64,000 nucleotides of DNA from an uncultured delta proteobacterium (GCA_963815115.1 CAWFFN010000005.1:544001-608000), one strand, 5' to 3'; positions 20,601 to 29,422 are shown, counted from the first letter of the stretch. The notes: generated from the sequence alone by a model not told the origin. Program-made: numbers and translations.

Positions 20601-21579
20601 GGTGTGGTGGAGCGACGCGGTGCTGACCCAGCAGCAGCTGTGCCGCGTGCGCTCGGTCGGCGTGCAGGGCAACCTGGGCTGGTGCAACGGGAGCGCGTGG
20701 GCGACCTGCAACACCGACGCGGACTGCGGCGGGCGGACCGGCGCGTGCAACCAGAGCTTCCCGGCGGGCGGCAAGCGCGGCACGTGCGTCGGCAATCTCC
20801 TGACCGCGGCCCAGGGAGGTCCGAGCGGGTGCAACACCGCCACCGTGGCGACGCTGGGCAACTGCGATGCGGTGCTGACCGCCGGCAGCGGCCCGACGAC
20901 CACCTCGACCACCGTGGTCACGACCACGACCAGGCCCGCGACCACGACCACCGCGACCACGGTGGTGACGACGACGACCAGGGTGACCACGACGACCAGG
21001 CTCACCACCAGCACGACGGCGACCACCACGACGAGCACGACCGCTGCCGGCTCGCGTCCGGACCTCGGCCTCGATCCGTCCAGGTTCCTGACCCGGTACC
21101 AGGTGCAGGACGTCCTGGCCCCCGTCTACCAGGTGCTCCCGACGACCTCTGGCCCCTCGCCGTTCAACGACGCGAACACGCCGCTGATCCTCCCCTGCGG
21201 GATCCAGAACCTCGACACGCAGGTCCTGGTCTCCTCGGCCCCGGGCGGGCCGCCAGCGTACCCGCAGGTCGTCGTGCGCCTCTACAGCAGCGCGGGCGCG
21301 CCCGTCACGAGCTCGCAGAACGGCTCGACGATCAGCCAGGTCGTGGCCAACCTCGCCCGGCTCGGCCCGGGGACCTCCGCGGTGGGTGAGGTGACGGCCA
21401 TCAGCTCGCTCGACTCGTCCGGCGAGCTCGTCTTCGAGCCCGGGGACCTACCGAGGAACCGGGCGTTCCGGATGGAGATCACGGTCACGCCCTTCGCCGA
21501 TGCGCAGTTCAGCCAGCCCGTCACGGACCCGAATGCCGGCAACGACGTGATCAACTTCTGGCTGATGCGAGCCTGCTGA
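17656..21579 (+). CDS. Large secreted Cys-rich protein: parallel beta-helix, Thr-rich linkers, LamG/ConA-like domain
   Basis: Signal peptide; AGDRIYVRAG; repeated NN.IYGN/NNTCFHN; DPLF...L...SP..GAG...D..G..R....IGAFE; WTFEG...WTLTLW...DGSWHF...DEV. Confidence 0.8.
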   Translation: MRQLRKTETILGLAHLLLCVAGLNGVAAAATVPIGPPTGLSDPLPAPLRTRWVDRCGRGTAGTCGSVTCADGGACTDQNAPCCTLHYAAGRTDVRAGDRIYVRAGADESDVYNELDRENGKWGYATLAPFVKGTARCAGGTRSGWGCTSDAGCPGSTCAYNPVALVAYPEADGSRAAIDPGDTTPPNTGGTNCWGGSVGHYAGVDFNISTCGSTIGNDRTECYGGSQEGKPCSSLADCAGGVACAAAPWYWIVDGFTFSNWTYYDADPTHTNHTAYCTHKPFQVGYDHGCPVTVSITLQNSTFTHNAGGGLIWSRGGAGNRWLHNSVYGNHSHGYTTALNHWEAQDTKRNRTTYMWNNVIHDNGDTPPPFCMAQACRDAGSHPTFTCLDGDNKGQPCRGESDCPVGHCGPICYTDPFHNSGSASQGYDCPCQNDDQCASGLTCQAIGGGLAGCPANECDCTASTEGRGIIVDRGGSSSSVDIRNNVIYGNEGDCISLFLSDAHGVIANNTCFHNAKKNGTYAELWYAGNYSNVWNNLFVPTVQAACDGNGIEHGTGGHACTHYLRNDVSDCGGGTVSLGCNPTGVQYYDGGGLWTWGEPSLPGTNFEGNNLVFWNSNTTYGTIADPPTFFFGTGAKGTLAGLLSYGTNTGLTRGRGDIGADPLFLSTNPSDPRFLRIPANSPAAGAGNSTFAPTFDVTGVARPNPPAIGAFEPTAATVSTTTVPTTTRPATTVPTTTRPPTTVVTTSTTLATTTTTPTSPTTTTTTPAGSGAPPVNWGNDPSTVAFWTFEGGSMKNVSTSTRYCNPASQANLSVYNGTPAFDTTNRREGGSSFAFDGSTTLASSANCLRQNGPSRWTLTLWARSTSSNAPYPMLVFNRNESGVRSGFYVTYVAANGQTYACLDANSVDTCSTLVNNVFKPDGSWHFSATQYTGTQLNYALDGAAFSKPVTVGFTPNTGTYPFQLSHVVAPGTTTGVIGNEDEVWWSDAVLTQQQLCRVRSVGVQGNLGWCNGSAWATCNTDADCGGRTGACNQSFPAGGKRGTCVGNLLTAAQGGPSGCNTATVATLGNCDAVLTAGSGPTTTSTTVVTTTTRPATTTTATTVVTTTTRVTTTTRLTTSTTATTTTSTTAAGSRPDLGLDPSRFLTRYQVQDVLAPVYQVLPTTSGPSPFNDANTPLILPCGIQNLDTQVLVSSAPGGPPAYPQVVVRLYSSAGAPVTSSQNGSTISQVVANLARLGPGTSAVGEVTAISSLDSSGELVFEPGDLPRNRAFRMEITVTPFADAQFSQPVTDPNAGNDVINFWLMRAC
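19800..19955 (+). repeat. Thr-rich coding low-complexity linker
   Basis: ACC/ACG codon runs encoding TTTVPTTTRP-type units. Confidence 0.8.
20895..21045 (+). repeat. Second Thr-rich coding linker
   Basis: TTTSTTVVTTTTRPATTTTATT encoded by ACC/ACG runs. Confidence 0.8.
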
Positions 21580-21676
21580 GCGGCGTCCGCGGCGGCCGGA
21601 GCACTCACGCCGGCGCACCCGTCAGGCCCGGGCGGAGAACACTCGCCGGAAAGCCGCGCGGGCAGCGGCAAGGTCG

Positions 21677-21710
21677 CGTCGAGACAGACGTCCGAACGTC
21701 TTTGTCGACG
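21677..21710. terminator. Hairpin between convergent genes
   Basis: CGTCGA-gac-AGACGT-ccga-ACGTCT-ttg-TCGACG. Confidence 0.4.
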
Positions 21711-21758
21711 AGCTCTCCATCCACACACGTCTCCGAGGACGGATCGGGAGCAGACGGT

Positions 21759-22268
21759 TCAGATGTTGTACTCGATGAGCGGGCCCTTCGGCCGCCGGCG
21801 CTCGAGCCAGCGGCGCAGCCGGGGCACCGCGAGGCCCAGCCGGTTCTCGACCAGGTAGACGAGCGCGAGGAGTCCCGTGCCGAGCGCCGACGGGAAGATC
21901 GATCCGACGCGGCGAGCCGGGTCCGTGAAGACCATCTGCACGGCCACGAAGAACAGGAAGAAGCCGAAGATTCGCCGCATGAGCGGCACCGGGATGCGTG
22001 CCACCACGAGCGCGCCGGCATACGCCCCGAAGACGAATCCGGCGCAGATGAGCCCGACGGCTCCGAACTGGATGTAGCCGCGCCGCCAGTACTCGAGGGC
22101 CGCGAAGATTCCGATCGGCGGAATCAGGACGGCGAGCGACGTTCCGGCGGCCTGCTGCGGCGTCATCCCGTAGAGATAGATGAGCGCCGGCACGAGGAAG
22201 ATGCCGCCACCGAGTCCGAGCACGCCGCTCAGCACGCCCACGACGAGCCCGAGCATCACCAGTGTCAT
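21759..22268 (-). CDS. Sulfite exporter TauE/SafE family membrane protein
   Basis: GVLSGVLGLGGGIFLVPAL...QQAAGTSLA. Confidence 0.82.
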   Translation of the reverse strand: MTLVMLGLVVGVLSGVLGLGGGIFLVPALIYLYGMTPQQAAGTSLAVLIPPIGIFAALEYWRRGYIQFGAVGLICAGFVFGAYAGALVVARIPVPLMRRIFGFFLFFVAVQMVFTDPARRVGSIFPSALGTGLLALVYLVENRLGLAVPRLRRWLERRRPKGPLIEYNI

Positions 22269-22279
22269 CGTCGATCCTC

Positions 22280-23224
22280 TCAGTCCTCGCCGAAGAAGCG
22301 CCGGCGCGCCGTCTCGTCGCAGGGACTCTCCGGGCCGCTGCTCGGCACGTCGATCGCACGGGTCGGATCCGTGGCCAGCAGCGGCAAGGCACGGTTCCTG
22401 CGCTCGTCGGCCTCCCGGCCCATGTCCATGAAGAGCTGTGCGAACCAGCCGTCGGCGCGATGGACGATCTCGTACGTCCGGTCGTGCTCGGCCGCGTACG
22501 CATGGCCCGCCGCGTCCCAATCGTCGTGCGCACCAAGCGCGTCGCGGAGGACGCGGGCGCCTCGTAGCGCCATCGACATGCCCTGACCCCAGGTCGGGTC
22601 GCTCGTCGCCGCCGCGTCGCCGAGGAGCGCGACGCCGTCTCGATAGGGATGCTCGACCCACGAATCGGCTCCCTCGAACGTGGCCAGCGGCCCGGCCATC
22701 CGTGCCGTGGCGAGGGCGGCGCGCGGAATGCCGATGTCCTCCGCCTCGGATCTGAAGCGCGGGAACGACGATTCTCCCTGGAGCCGCGCGACGCCCGCGG
22801 CCGCGTTCCATCCCACGTAGCAGCGCGCGCGCCGCGCGCGTTGCGGAAACACGTAGGCGATGCGACCGCGCGGCGGCGCTGCGGCGTCGATGCAGATGCG
22901 CTGCAGGTCCGGATGATAGAACGCGAGCCAGTTGCGGCCCGGCAGGGTCGTCGCCGCGAACGGGCGCTCGGCGACCTGCATGCCGACGATGAAGAGCCGC
23001 CACGCCTGCAGCTCGTCGGCGAACGCGGGGCTCAACGCGTCGAGGAGGCCGAGCGCGGCCAGCTCGGCGACGCCCCAGGGCGCGAGCGCCTCACCGCGCA
23101 CCCGGTCCCGGAACTCGCGCTCGCGCTCGACGACGAGGACGCGCGCGCCGCCTTCGGCCATTGCCTTCGCCAGAGCGGAGGCGGCAATTCCGCCCCCCAC
23201 CATGACGACGTCGTAGCGTTCCAC
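22280..23224 (-). CDS. FAD-dependent monooxygenase-like protein, apparently with an internal in-frame deletion
   Basis: VGGGIA N-terminus and LLGDAA..DP.WGQG present, but the central (V/I)GADG motif is absent. Confidence 0.7.
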   Translation of the reverse strand: MERYDVVMVGGGIAASALAKAMAEGGARVLVVEREREFRDRVRGEALAPWGVAELAALGLLDALSPAFADELQAWRLFIVGMQVAERPFAATTLPGRNWLAFYHPDLQRICIDAAAPPRGRIAYVFPQRARRARCYVGWNAAAGVARLQGESSFPRFRSEAEDIGIPRAALATARMAGPLATFEGADSWVEHPYRDGVALLGDAAATSDPTWGQGMSMALRGARVLRDALGAHDDWDAAGHAYAAEHDRTYEIVHRADGWFAQLFMDMGREADERRNRALPLLATDPTRAIDVPSSGPESPCDETARRRFFGED

Positions 23225-23280
23225 GTGGCGCTCCTACCGCGGAGCGTGGCGGCGTGCCACCCCGGCGCGCGACGTGACTG

Positions 23281-23625
23281 CTACGTGACCAGCGGCTCCA
23301 GGCGAGCCAGGACATCCCGGACGACCGCGTCCGGCGCTCTTGCGGCCAGCGAGGCGTTGCGGGCTCGCCAGTCGAGTGACCGAACCTGATCCACGAGCAC
23401 GGCGCCCGATACCGCGAGGCCAGGCGGCAACGGAACCTCGAACGGGTAGCCCTTCGTGTGGCTCGTGATGGGGCAGAACAGCGCCAGACTGCTGGCCCGG
23501 TTGTAGGTCAGCGGGGAGATCACCAGGGCCGGACGCCACCCCGCTTGCTCGTGCCCCGACCGCGGATCGAAGCTCATCTTCACGATGTCGCCCCGATCGG
23601 GAACGAACGCCGCGCGTTGCGTCAC
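23281..23625 (-). CDS. mazF: MazF/PemK endoribonuclease toxin
   Basis: FVPDRGDIV..FDPRSGHEQAGWRPALVISP..YN...CPITS..KGYPFEV, DQVRSLDW.AR. Confidence 0.9.
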   Translation of the reverse strand: MTQRAAFVPDRGDIVKMSFDPRSGHEQAGWRPALVISPLTYNRASSLALFCPITSHTKGYPFEVPLPPGLAVSGAVLVDQVRSLDWRARNASLAARAPDAVVRDVLARLEPLVT

Positions 23626-23870
23626 CAGACCTCGCGACCCCGGGGCCGGCCCCAGTCGATCGGAGCGGGACGGTTCGCCCGGGTGATCCGGGAGACGAGA
23701 CGAGCCAGCGCGTAGCGCTTGCGGCGCGGCTGCTCGGGGGTGAGGACGAGCGCCTCTCCCTCCTGGCGAACCTCGACTTCGCTCCCCTCGGCGATCGAGC
23801 ATGCGGCGGCGAGATCGGCGGGAATTCGGACGGCGAGGCTGTTGCCCCATCGCTGCACGCGTCTACGCAT
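23622..23870 (-). CDS. mazE: MazE/AbrB antitoxin
   Basis: VQRWGNSLAVRIP...DWGRPRGREVW; 4-nt overlap with the toxin. Confidence 0.88.
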   Translation of the reverse strand: MRRRVQRWGNSLAVRIPADLAAACSIAEGSEVEVRQEGEALVLTPEQPRRKRYALARLVSRITRANRPAPIDWGRPRGREVW

Positions 23871-23947
23871 CGCTCGGCTCCTCACGTAGCTACAACGGAT
23901 ATACATGGCGTTCCCGCGACGTTGCAACTGGCAGAGAACCGTTGGGG

Positions 23948-24055
23948 TGCACGGAGCTCGCCGACGCCGAGCGCTGCAACGACGTGGGGCGGGCGCGGGA
24001 GGAGATCGACGCGCTGCAGCGGCAGCAGCGGCCGCGCCGTGAGGCGCGACTGGTG
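23948..24055 (+). pseudogene. Internal fragment of the same AAA/regulator C-terminal domain family as 16473-16610
   Basis: TELADAERCNDVGRAREEIDALQRQ...EARLV resembles the recalled EL.EAE..ND.GRA.RAR.EID.L...ERARL.V segment. Confidence 0.45.
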
Positions 24056-24469
24056 TCACGCGGCCGGCACGAAGTAGTGCAGGCCGACCGTGTCCGACAG
24101 CCGGGCGACGCGGGCCTCCACTGCGAGCCCGAGCCGCAGGGCGCGCGGCTCCATCCCGCGTACGGCGGTGACGAGTCGCGGGCCCTCGTCCAGCTCGACC
24201 ACGACGACGGCGTACGGCAGGTCCTCCGAGAACGCCGGCACCAGCGCCTGGTGGGTGACGGTCCAGGTGTAGACGACCCCCCGCCCGGAGACCGGACGCC
24301 ACTGCCAGCGGTCGCCGGCGCAGGCGCCGCACAGGATGCGCGGAGGATGGCGCCATCGGCCGCAGGCGTCGCAGCGCTGCAGGCGGAGCTCGCCGGCGGC
24401 GAGATGCGCGTAGAACTCGGCGGTGAGGCCGTCCGGGCTCGGGGTGATGCGGGGCGCGAACTCGCTCAT
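24056..24469 (-). CDS. Zn-ribbon/OB-fold (DUF35) protein, thiolase partner
   Basis: [36 protein letters not shown]. Confidence 0.88.
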   Translation of the reverse strand: MSEFAPRITPSPDGLTAEFYAHLAAGELRLQRCDACGRWRHPPRILCGACAGDRWQWRPVSGRGVVYTWTVTHQALVPAFSEDLPYAVVVVELDEGPRLVTAVRGMEPRALRLGLAVEARVARLSDTVGLHYFVPAA

Positions 24470-25643
24470 CGATCGCTCCGCAGGATGGCGAGGCTGCCGT
24501 CGCCGAAGTCGCCCCATCCGGTGACGAGGCCGAGCCGCGCGCCCGGCACCTGGGCCGCACCTGCCTGGCCGCGGAGCTGTCGCGTCGCCTCGATCAGGTG
24601 GTTCATGCCCCACATGTGTCCCTGCGAGAGCAGGCCGCCGTGCGTGTTCAGCGGGTGGCGGCCGCCGAGCTCGATGGCGCCGTCGCGCACGAAGGCGGCG
24701 GACTCGCCGGGAGCGCACAGCCCGAGGGCCTCGAGCTGGAGCAGGACGACGTAGGTGAAGCAGTCGTACACCTGCAGGAAGTCGACGTCGTGCGGTCGGA
24801 TGCCGGCCATCGCGAACGCCTTCGGCGCGGCGGTGTGCAGGCCGATGCGGAAGAGGTCGGCGCGGCTCGGGATGTCGTCGGCCGGACTGGGATGGCCCTC
24901 GGCGGCAGCCATGAGAACCACCGGCGGGTGGCGCAGGTCGCGCGCGCGCTCCAGGCTGGTGATCACGACGGCGTTGGCGCAGTCGGTCTCGAGCGAGCAG
25001 TCGTAGAGCCGGAACGGCTCGGACACCCAGCGCGCGCCGAGATACTGCTCCATGGTGAGCGGCTTGCCGCGCATGAGCGCGCGCGGGTTCAGCTGGGCGT
25101 GCTTGCGGCAGGCGAGGGCGACCGCTCCCGTCGCCTCGTCGGGGATGCCGTACGTCAGCTTGTGCCTGGTCGCGATCCACGCGTACATCTGGACGGGCAG
25201 CATCGCGCCGTACGGGAGATAGAGGTCCAGCACGACGTCGGCGAGCGTCGTGGCGGTGAGCCCGTGCTTGGGGACCCGCGCCCCGGGCTTCGGGCGAAAC
25301 GCGGAGTAGCCATTCCAGCCCACCACGACCAGGACGGTGGTGGCCAGTCCGGCCTCGATGGCCATGGCGGCGCTCTGCAGCGCCGCGACGGGGCTCGCGC
25401 CGCCCATGTGCACGGTCACCGAGAAGTGCAGGTCGCGCACGCCGAGATTGGCCGCGAGCTCCTCGGCGGTGGTGTAGCCCGGGGGGGAAGGATGGCGTCG
25501 ATGTCGGAGAGCTCGAGCCCGGCGTCGGCGACCGCTTCCCGCGCCACGCGCAGCATCATCTCGACCGGCAGCTCGTCGGCTCCGCGGACGTAGTCGGTCT
25601 CGGCGATGCCGACGACCGCGGTGCGCTCCGCGAAACCGGACAT
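24466..25643 (-). pseudogene. SCP-x type thiolase / lipid-transfer protein with a frameshift at a homopolymer
   Basis: N-terminus [16 protein letters not shown]...DIDAILPP is in one frame; [10 protein letters not shown]...YDCF...[11 protein letters not shown] is in another; shift at the G7 run 25481-25487. Confidence 0.8.
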
Positions 25644-25703
25644 CGGCGCGATATGCCGTGACCCGGGGGTCGACGGCAAGCCGACGGCCGCTGGAGGAGA
25701 CGA

Positions 25704-27260
25704 TCAGCCGCGCGGTCGTGCGTTCCGGCGCCGCCAGCGCCGGAGATGGAACAGCCAGCGGTGCACGGCGGTCTGGCCGGGCTCGAAGCCGAAGAGGGCG
25801 GGGAAGCGCAGGAAGAGCCGGCGCCGGCCGCGCAGGCGGATGCGGCCGAGGAGCAGCCCGAGGACCGGATTGGCCTCGCCGCGGTGCACGGCCAGGAAGT
25901 AGGTCGCTGGCGCGCGGATGGTGAGGTCGGCGCGTTCGACGCGCCCGGGAGTCACCTCGCAGCGCTCGTCGCCGATGCGCATGACCCACTCGCCGCCGCC
26001 GGGGCCGCCGAGCTCCCACTGCGTCGTGAAGCCGAGCCCGCGCGATTCCGTCGGGCGGAAGTACTGCGGCAGCCAGCGCATCATGGCGTCGACGTTCTGG
26101 GTGCGGATGCGGCGCAGGTTGATCAGCCGCACGCCCTCGGCGGAGCGTGGCGAGGCGCGGTCGATGGGCGTCCGCCACTCGCCGGGCGGGATCCCGTGAC
26201 GCTCGCGTGCCGCCGGCGTGTCGATCACGAACTGGGCGTCCTCGGCGCTACGCGTGACGGTGAGCGGCTTCAGCGTCTCGTCGAGATAGCGGCGCCGGAC
26301 CTGGCGGTCGTCGTGGAAGGCGTCCTCGATCTCGGCCGGGCAGGTGGCGACGCAGTTGAAGCAGCGATACTCGACCCGGAACGACAACGCCTGCCAGAGC
26401 GCGGCGATCTCGTTGTCGGCCCAGCGCTTGCGAAAGTCCCGCCGCGAGCGCTCCGCCAGATCGCCGACCAGATCCAGGAAGCCCGGGATCGAGTCGCGAT
26501 AGGTGTGATTGTAGCACGCGAAGAAGTCGAAGGTGCCGTCGCGGCGGATGGCCTCGGTCGGGCACGAGGCGACGCAGAGGTTGCACTCGAGGCACGGGTT
26601 CCACTCGACGGGACGGTCGTACGACGGCCACTCCAGGTTGGTCACCACCGTGTCGATCAGGCAGTAGGCGCCGAACCGGCGGTGGAGGAAGTTGCGGCTG
26701 ATCCCGATCACGCCGAGCCCCGCCGCCTGCGCCACGAGCTTGTGGCTGAGCGGCCAGATCTTGTCCGCCCAGCGCTGGCCCACCTCCTGCGGCCAGCCGA
26801 TCGTCGTGGTGAGGCCCTCGCCGCCGAGGCCGTTCAGCAGCTTCACCGTACGGTGGCCCATCGCGAAGATACGCTCCTCGCACGAGTAGAGCTCGTGGTT
26901 CGCCGTCGGCAGGTAGCGCGACTGCATGGCGGGCTTGTTCTCCTCGCCGATCAGGCAGATCAGCGAGCGGGCGTGCGGGTAGACCCAGAGCACCTCGTCG
27001 CGCTCGTGCGCGATGGCCGGGTCGTCGATCGAGATGATGCCGACGTCGTCCGCCCACTCGCGGACGCGCGCCTTGAAGTCGTCGAGCGAGAGCGACGCCG
27101 CTACCCCGCGCGCCGGGAACGTGCCCGGTTCGAGCTCGTGGAAGGGCCAGCGGTAGGCGGTCGCGGGCGGCACCGTGTCGGGACGAGCGGCACGCGGGCG
27201 TCCCGGGGCCGGAAACGGAAATGGCCAGTCGGTGGCGGTCGGCGGACGGCGGGTCGCCAT
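25704..27260 (-). CDS. Epoxyqueuosine reductase (QueG)-like 4Fe-4S protein fused to a C-terminal SCP2 sterol-binding domain
   Basis: [38 protein letters not shown]; C-terminus [13 protein letters not shown]....C.V..G....ADLTI...GRIRLRG. Confidence 0.72.
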   Translation of the reverse strand: MATRRPPTATDWPFPFPAPGRPRAARPDTVPPATAYRWPFHELEPGTFPARGVAASLSLDDFKARVREWADDVGIISIDDPAIAHERDEVLWVYPHARSLICLIGEENKPAMQSRYLPTANHELYSCEERIFAMGHRTVKLLNGLGGEGLTTTIGWPQEVGQRWADKIWPLSHKLVAQAAGLGVIGISRNFLHRRFGAYCLIDTVVTNLEWPSYDRPVEWNPCLECNLCVASCPTEAIRRDGTFDFFACYNHTYRDSIPGFLDLVGDLAERSRRDFRKRWADNEIAALWQALSFRVEYRCFNCVATCPAEIEDAFHDDRQVRRRYLDETLKPLTVTRSAEDAQFVIDTPAARERHGIPPGEWRTPIDRASPRSAEGVRLINLRRIRTQNVDAMMRWLPQYFRPTESRGLGFTTQWELGGPGGGEWVMRIGDERCEVTPGRVERADLTIRAPATYFLAVHRGEANPVLGLLLGRIRLRGRRRLFLRFPALFGFEPGQTAVHRWLFHLRRWRRRNARPRG

Positions 27261-27268
27261 CGTGTCGC

Positions 27269-27907
27269 TCAGCGCCGCCGGGCGCGCCGCGGCGCGAGCC
27301 AGGTGAGCGCGCCGTCGAGCACCGCCTCGCGGACCTCGTCCGCGTGCCCGGCAGACGTCTGGGCCAGCAGGCCGGCGGTCATCAGGACCGTGACGCCGTG
27401 AATCTCGGCCCACAGCCCGTTGGTCACGACGGTCGGATCGAGGTCGGAGCGCAGCTCGCGGCGCTTCATCCCGGCCTGCACGACGTCGCGCAGGATGAAG
27501 AGGGTCGACATCTCGCGCTGCACCGCCTCCGGCCGGCGCCGCGTTGCGGGGCCGCCCTGGAACATCAGGGCGAAGTAGCCCGGATGCTCCACGCCGAACC
27601 GGAAGTAGGCGCGTCCCATCTCGCGCAGCCGCTCGGGGGCGCGCAACGAGGCATCGACGGCCGTGAGATACGCCGCGAGACGCTCGTGCCCTTCCATGCG
27701 GAGGTGCTCGAGGATCTCGCCGAGCCCGCGGAAGTGGAGATAGATCGCGGTGGGGCTGGTGCCGATCGCCGCCGCCACGCGCCGGGCGGTCACGCCGTCC
27801 GTGCCGTGCGCGAGATAGAGCCGCCGCGCAGCGCGCAGGATGGCCGCACGCAGATCGCGGCTGCGGCGGGAGACACGGCTGGCCGACGGCGCGCTCTGGG
27901 TTAACAC
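27269..27907 (-). CDS. TetR family regulator (WHG-like C-terminus)
   Basis: ILRAARRL...VTARRVAAAIGTSPTAIYLHF; LWAEIHG. Confidence 0.88.
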   Translation of the reverse strand: MLTQSAPSASRVSRRSRDLRAAILRAARRLYLAHGTDGVTARRVAAAIGTSPTAIYLHFRGLGEILEHLRMEGHERLAAYLTAVDASLRAPERLREMGRAYFRFGVEHPGYFALMFQGGPATRRRPEAVQREMSTLFILRDVVQAGMKRRELRSDLDPTVVTNGLWAEIHGVTVLMTAGLLAQTSAGHADEVREAVLDGALTWLAPRRARRR

Positions 27908-27918
27908 TGTTAACCCAG
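27896..27918. promoter_or_regulatory. Perfect 23-bp palindromic TetR operator overlapping the tetR start
   Basis: CTGGGTTAACA-C-TGTTAACCCAG. Confidence 0.75.
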
Positions 27919-27999
27919 CGATGCCGCGGACGGCCGACCCGAGTCAACCCCCGCCCGGCATGGCGGTCCGCCGCGCCCACGCGGCGGACCGACGCTCGC

Positions 28000-28956
28000 T
28001 CAGCGGCAGACGAAGCGGGTGGCCGCGTCCACGTACAGGCAGCGCGGTCCCTCGCCGCCGTCGTTGTACTGGATCTGCGGGCACCGGCCGCCCGGTGCGC
28101 GCGGCCCGCCGAAGCCGAGGCTCAGCGTGACCAGCGCAGCGGTCGGAGGGGGATAGGTCCCGTTGCGCCCGTTGATGGAGAAGCGAACGACGCCGGCCTC
28201 GTGCGGGTCCTCCTTCAGGATGACGCGCTGGATGCCGCCCGGCGGCTCCTTCGTGCCACCCTTGTACTGCCAGGCGTTGCTGCCCCGGTGCCTCCACCCG
28301 ACCTTGGTGGCGCGGTCGAGCGCCACGGCGGGCAGCGTGACGTCGATGGTGGTCCCGCCGAGTCCGTCGAGCAGCTGGATCAGGAGGCCGGTCTTCGACG
28401 GATCGAGCGGTGGCTGCTCGTCGATGGTCGCCGAGCCGCGGATCTTGATGCGCTCGTCGCCCGCGGGGTCGCCGAGCTTCGACAGGGTGATCTTGGCGCG
28501 CTCGATGTCGACGCCGGGGACCGTGGTGCACGGATCGCAGACGTCGCCGATGCCGTCCTGGTCGGTGTCGACCTGGAGGGGATCCACGATCGCCGGGCAA
28601 TCGTCGTCCGGATCGCACACGGCATCTCCGTCCTGATCCGGGATGTCGAGGTCGTTCGGGCAAGAGCCGGCCTGACCGGTGCAGGACTCCGCGGGATCAC
28701 ACGGTCCCGTCGACGGACGGCACTCGGAGCCGGCGGGTTCGAACTGACAGAGCGGCGAGCAGCAGTCGCCGGGAAGCAGGTTCCCGTCGTCACATTCCTC
28801 GACCGGATCGAGGTTCCCGTCCCCGCAGATCAGCGCTGCCGCCCGCTGCGGAGCAGCGAACACCAGCATCAGCGCGGCGGTGATCACCAAGCTAGAAAGG
28901 AGCGACGGGCGGACGTGCCGATATTCCCGGCACCTGTCGGTCGGCTGAGTCAGCAA
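28000..28956 (-). CDS. Secreted Cys-rich protein (Myxococcus Cys-rich/DUF4215, disintegrin-like, TSP type-3 repeats)
   Basis: CGDGNLDPVEECDDGN, CRPSTGPCDPAESCTG, DQDGDAVCD..DDCP..Q.DTDQDGIGDVCD; RBS GGAGGT before TTG. Confidence 0.8.
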   Translation of the reverse strand: MLTQPTDRCREYRHVRPSLLSSLVITAALMLVFAAPQRAAALICGDGNLDPVEECDDGNLLPGDCCSPLCQFEPAGSECRPSTGPCDPAESCTGQAGSCPNDLDIPDQDGDAVCDPDDDCPAIVDPLQVDTDQDGIGDVCDPCTTVPGVDIERAKITLSKLGDPAGDERIKIRGSATIDEQPPLDPSKTGLLIQLLDGLGGTTIDVTLPAVALDRATKVGWRHRGSNAWQYKGGTKEPPGGIQRVILKEDPHEAGVVRFSINGRNGTYPPPTAALVTLSLGFGGPRAPGGRCPQIQYNDGGEGPRCLYVDAATRFVCR

Positions 28957-28989
28957 CGAACACCTCCCCGAAGAACGATGGGCCCGGCT

Positions 28990-29020
28990 TGGGTAGCACG
29001 TGAAGACCAGGCAGTGTCAA
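28990..29020 (-). promoter_or_regulatory. Putative sigma70 promoter for the Cys-rich protein gene
   Basis: TTGACA on the minus strand (29020-29015) preceded by a T-tract; the -10 element is weak (TGcTACCCA). Confidence 0.35.
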
Positions 29021-29422
29021 GGAAAAAGTGGCACCGGACGTCGCATCGTCGCGCCGTTGTAACGTTGACCGGGCGAGCAGGCTGTGCCGCTCCGCATGCG
29101 ACGTTGGCACATGCAGCCGCCAATCGGTGAAAAGCTCTTTCGTTGCCGCGAGCTGCACAAACTCAGAGCCAGAGGCTATAGGAGCTCGAGGGGCTGACGA
29201 CGGGTTCTCTTGCTCCGCCGCAACGATGGCCCGTACCTTCGTCGTATCGGCTGGACGGAGAACGCCGCCGCCGCCGCGACGGCACCCTCTCAGGCGCGCC
29301 GTCTCCATGCCATCGGCCGGAGCATCAGCAAGGCCGGCCCCGCTGCTCGAGTGCCTTGCGTCCATGGCAACAGGCGCCACTCACCCACCGCACACCGTGA
29401 CGCGGAGCGAGAAAACGCGACC

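Noticed and set aside
19800-21045. ACC/ACG-rich repeats as a CRISPR array or other non-coding repeat
   Set aside because: They are in-frame Thr linkers with no repeat-spacer structure; no cas genes are present
25704-27260. Calling this gene queG or rdhA
   Set aside because: SCP2 fusion, no Tat signal or rdhB partner, and a lipid-catabolic context; only fold-level similarity is supported
29029-29120. Two TGGCAC hexamers as sigma54 promoters
   Set aside because: No TTGC at the -12 position and no plus-strand gene downstream
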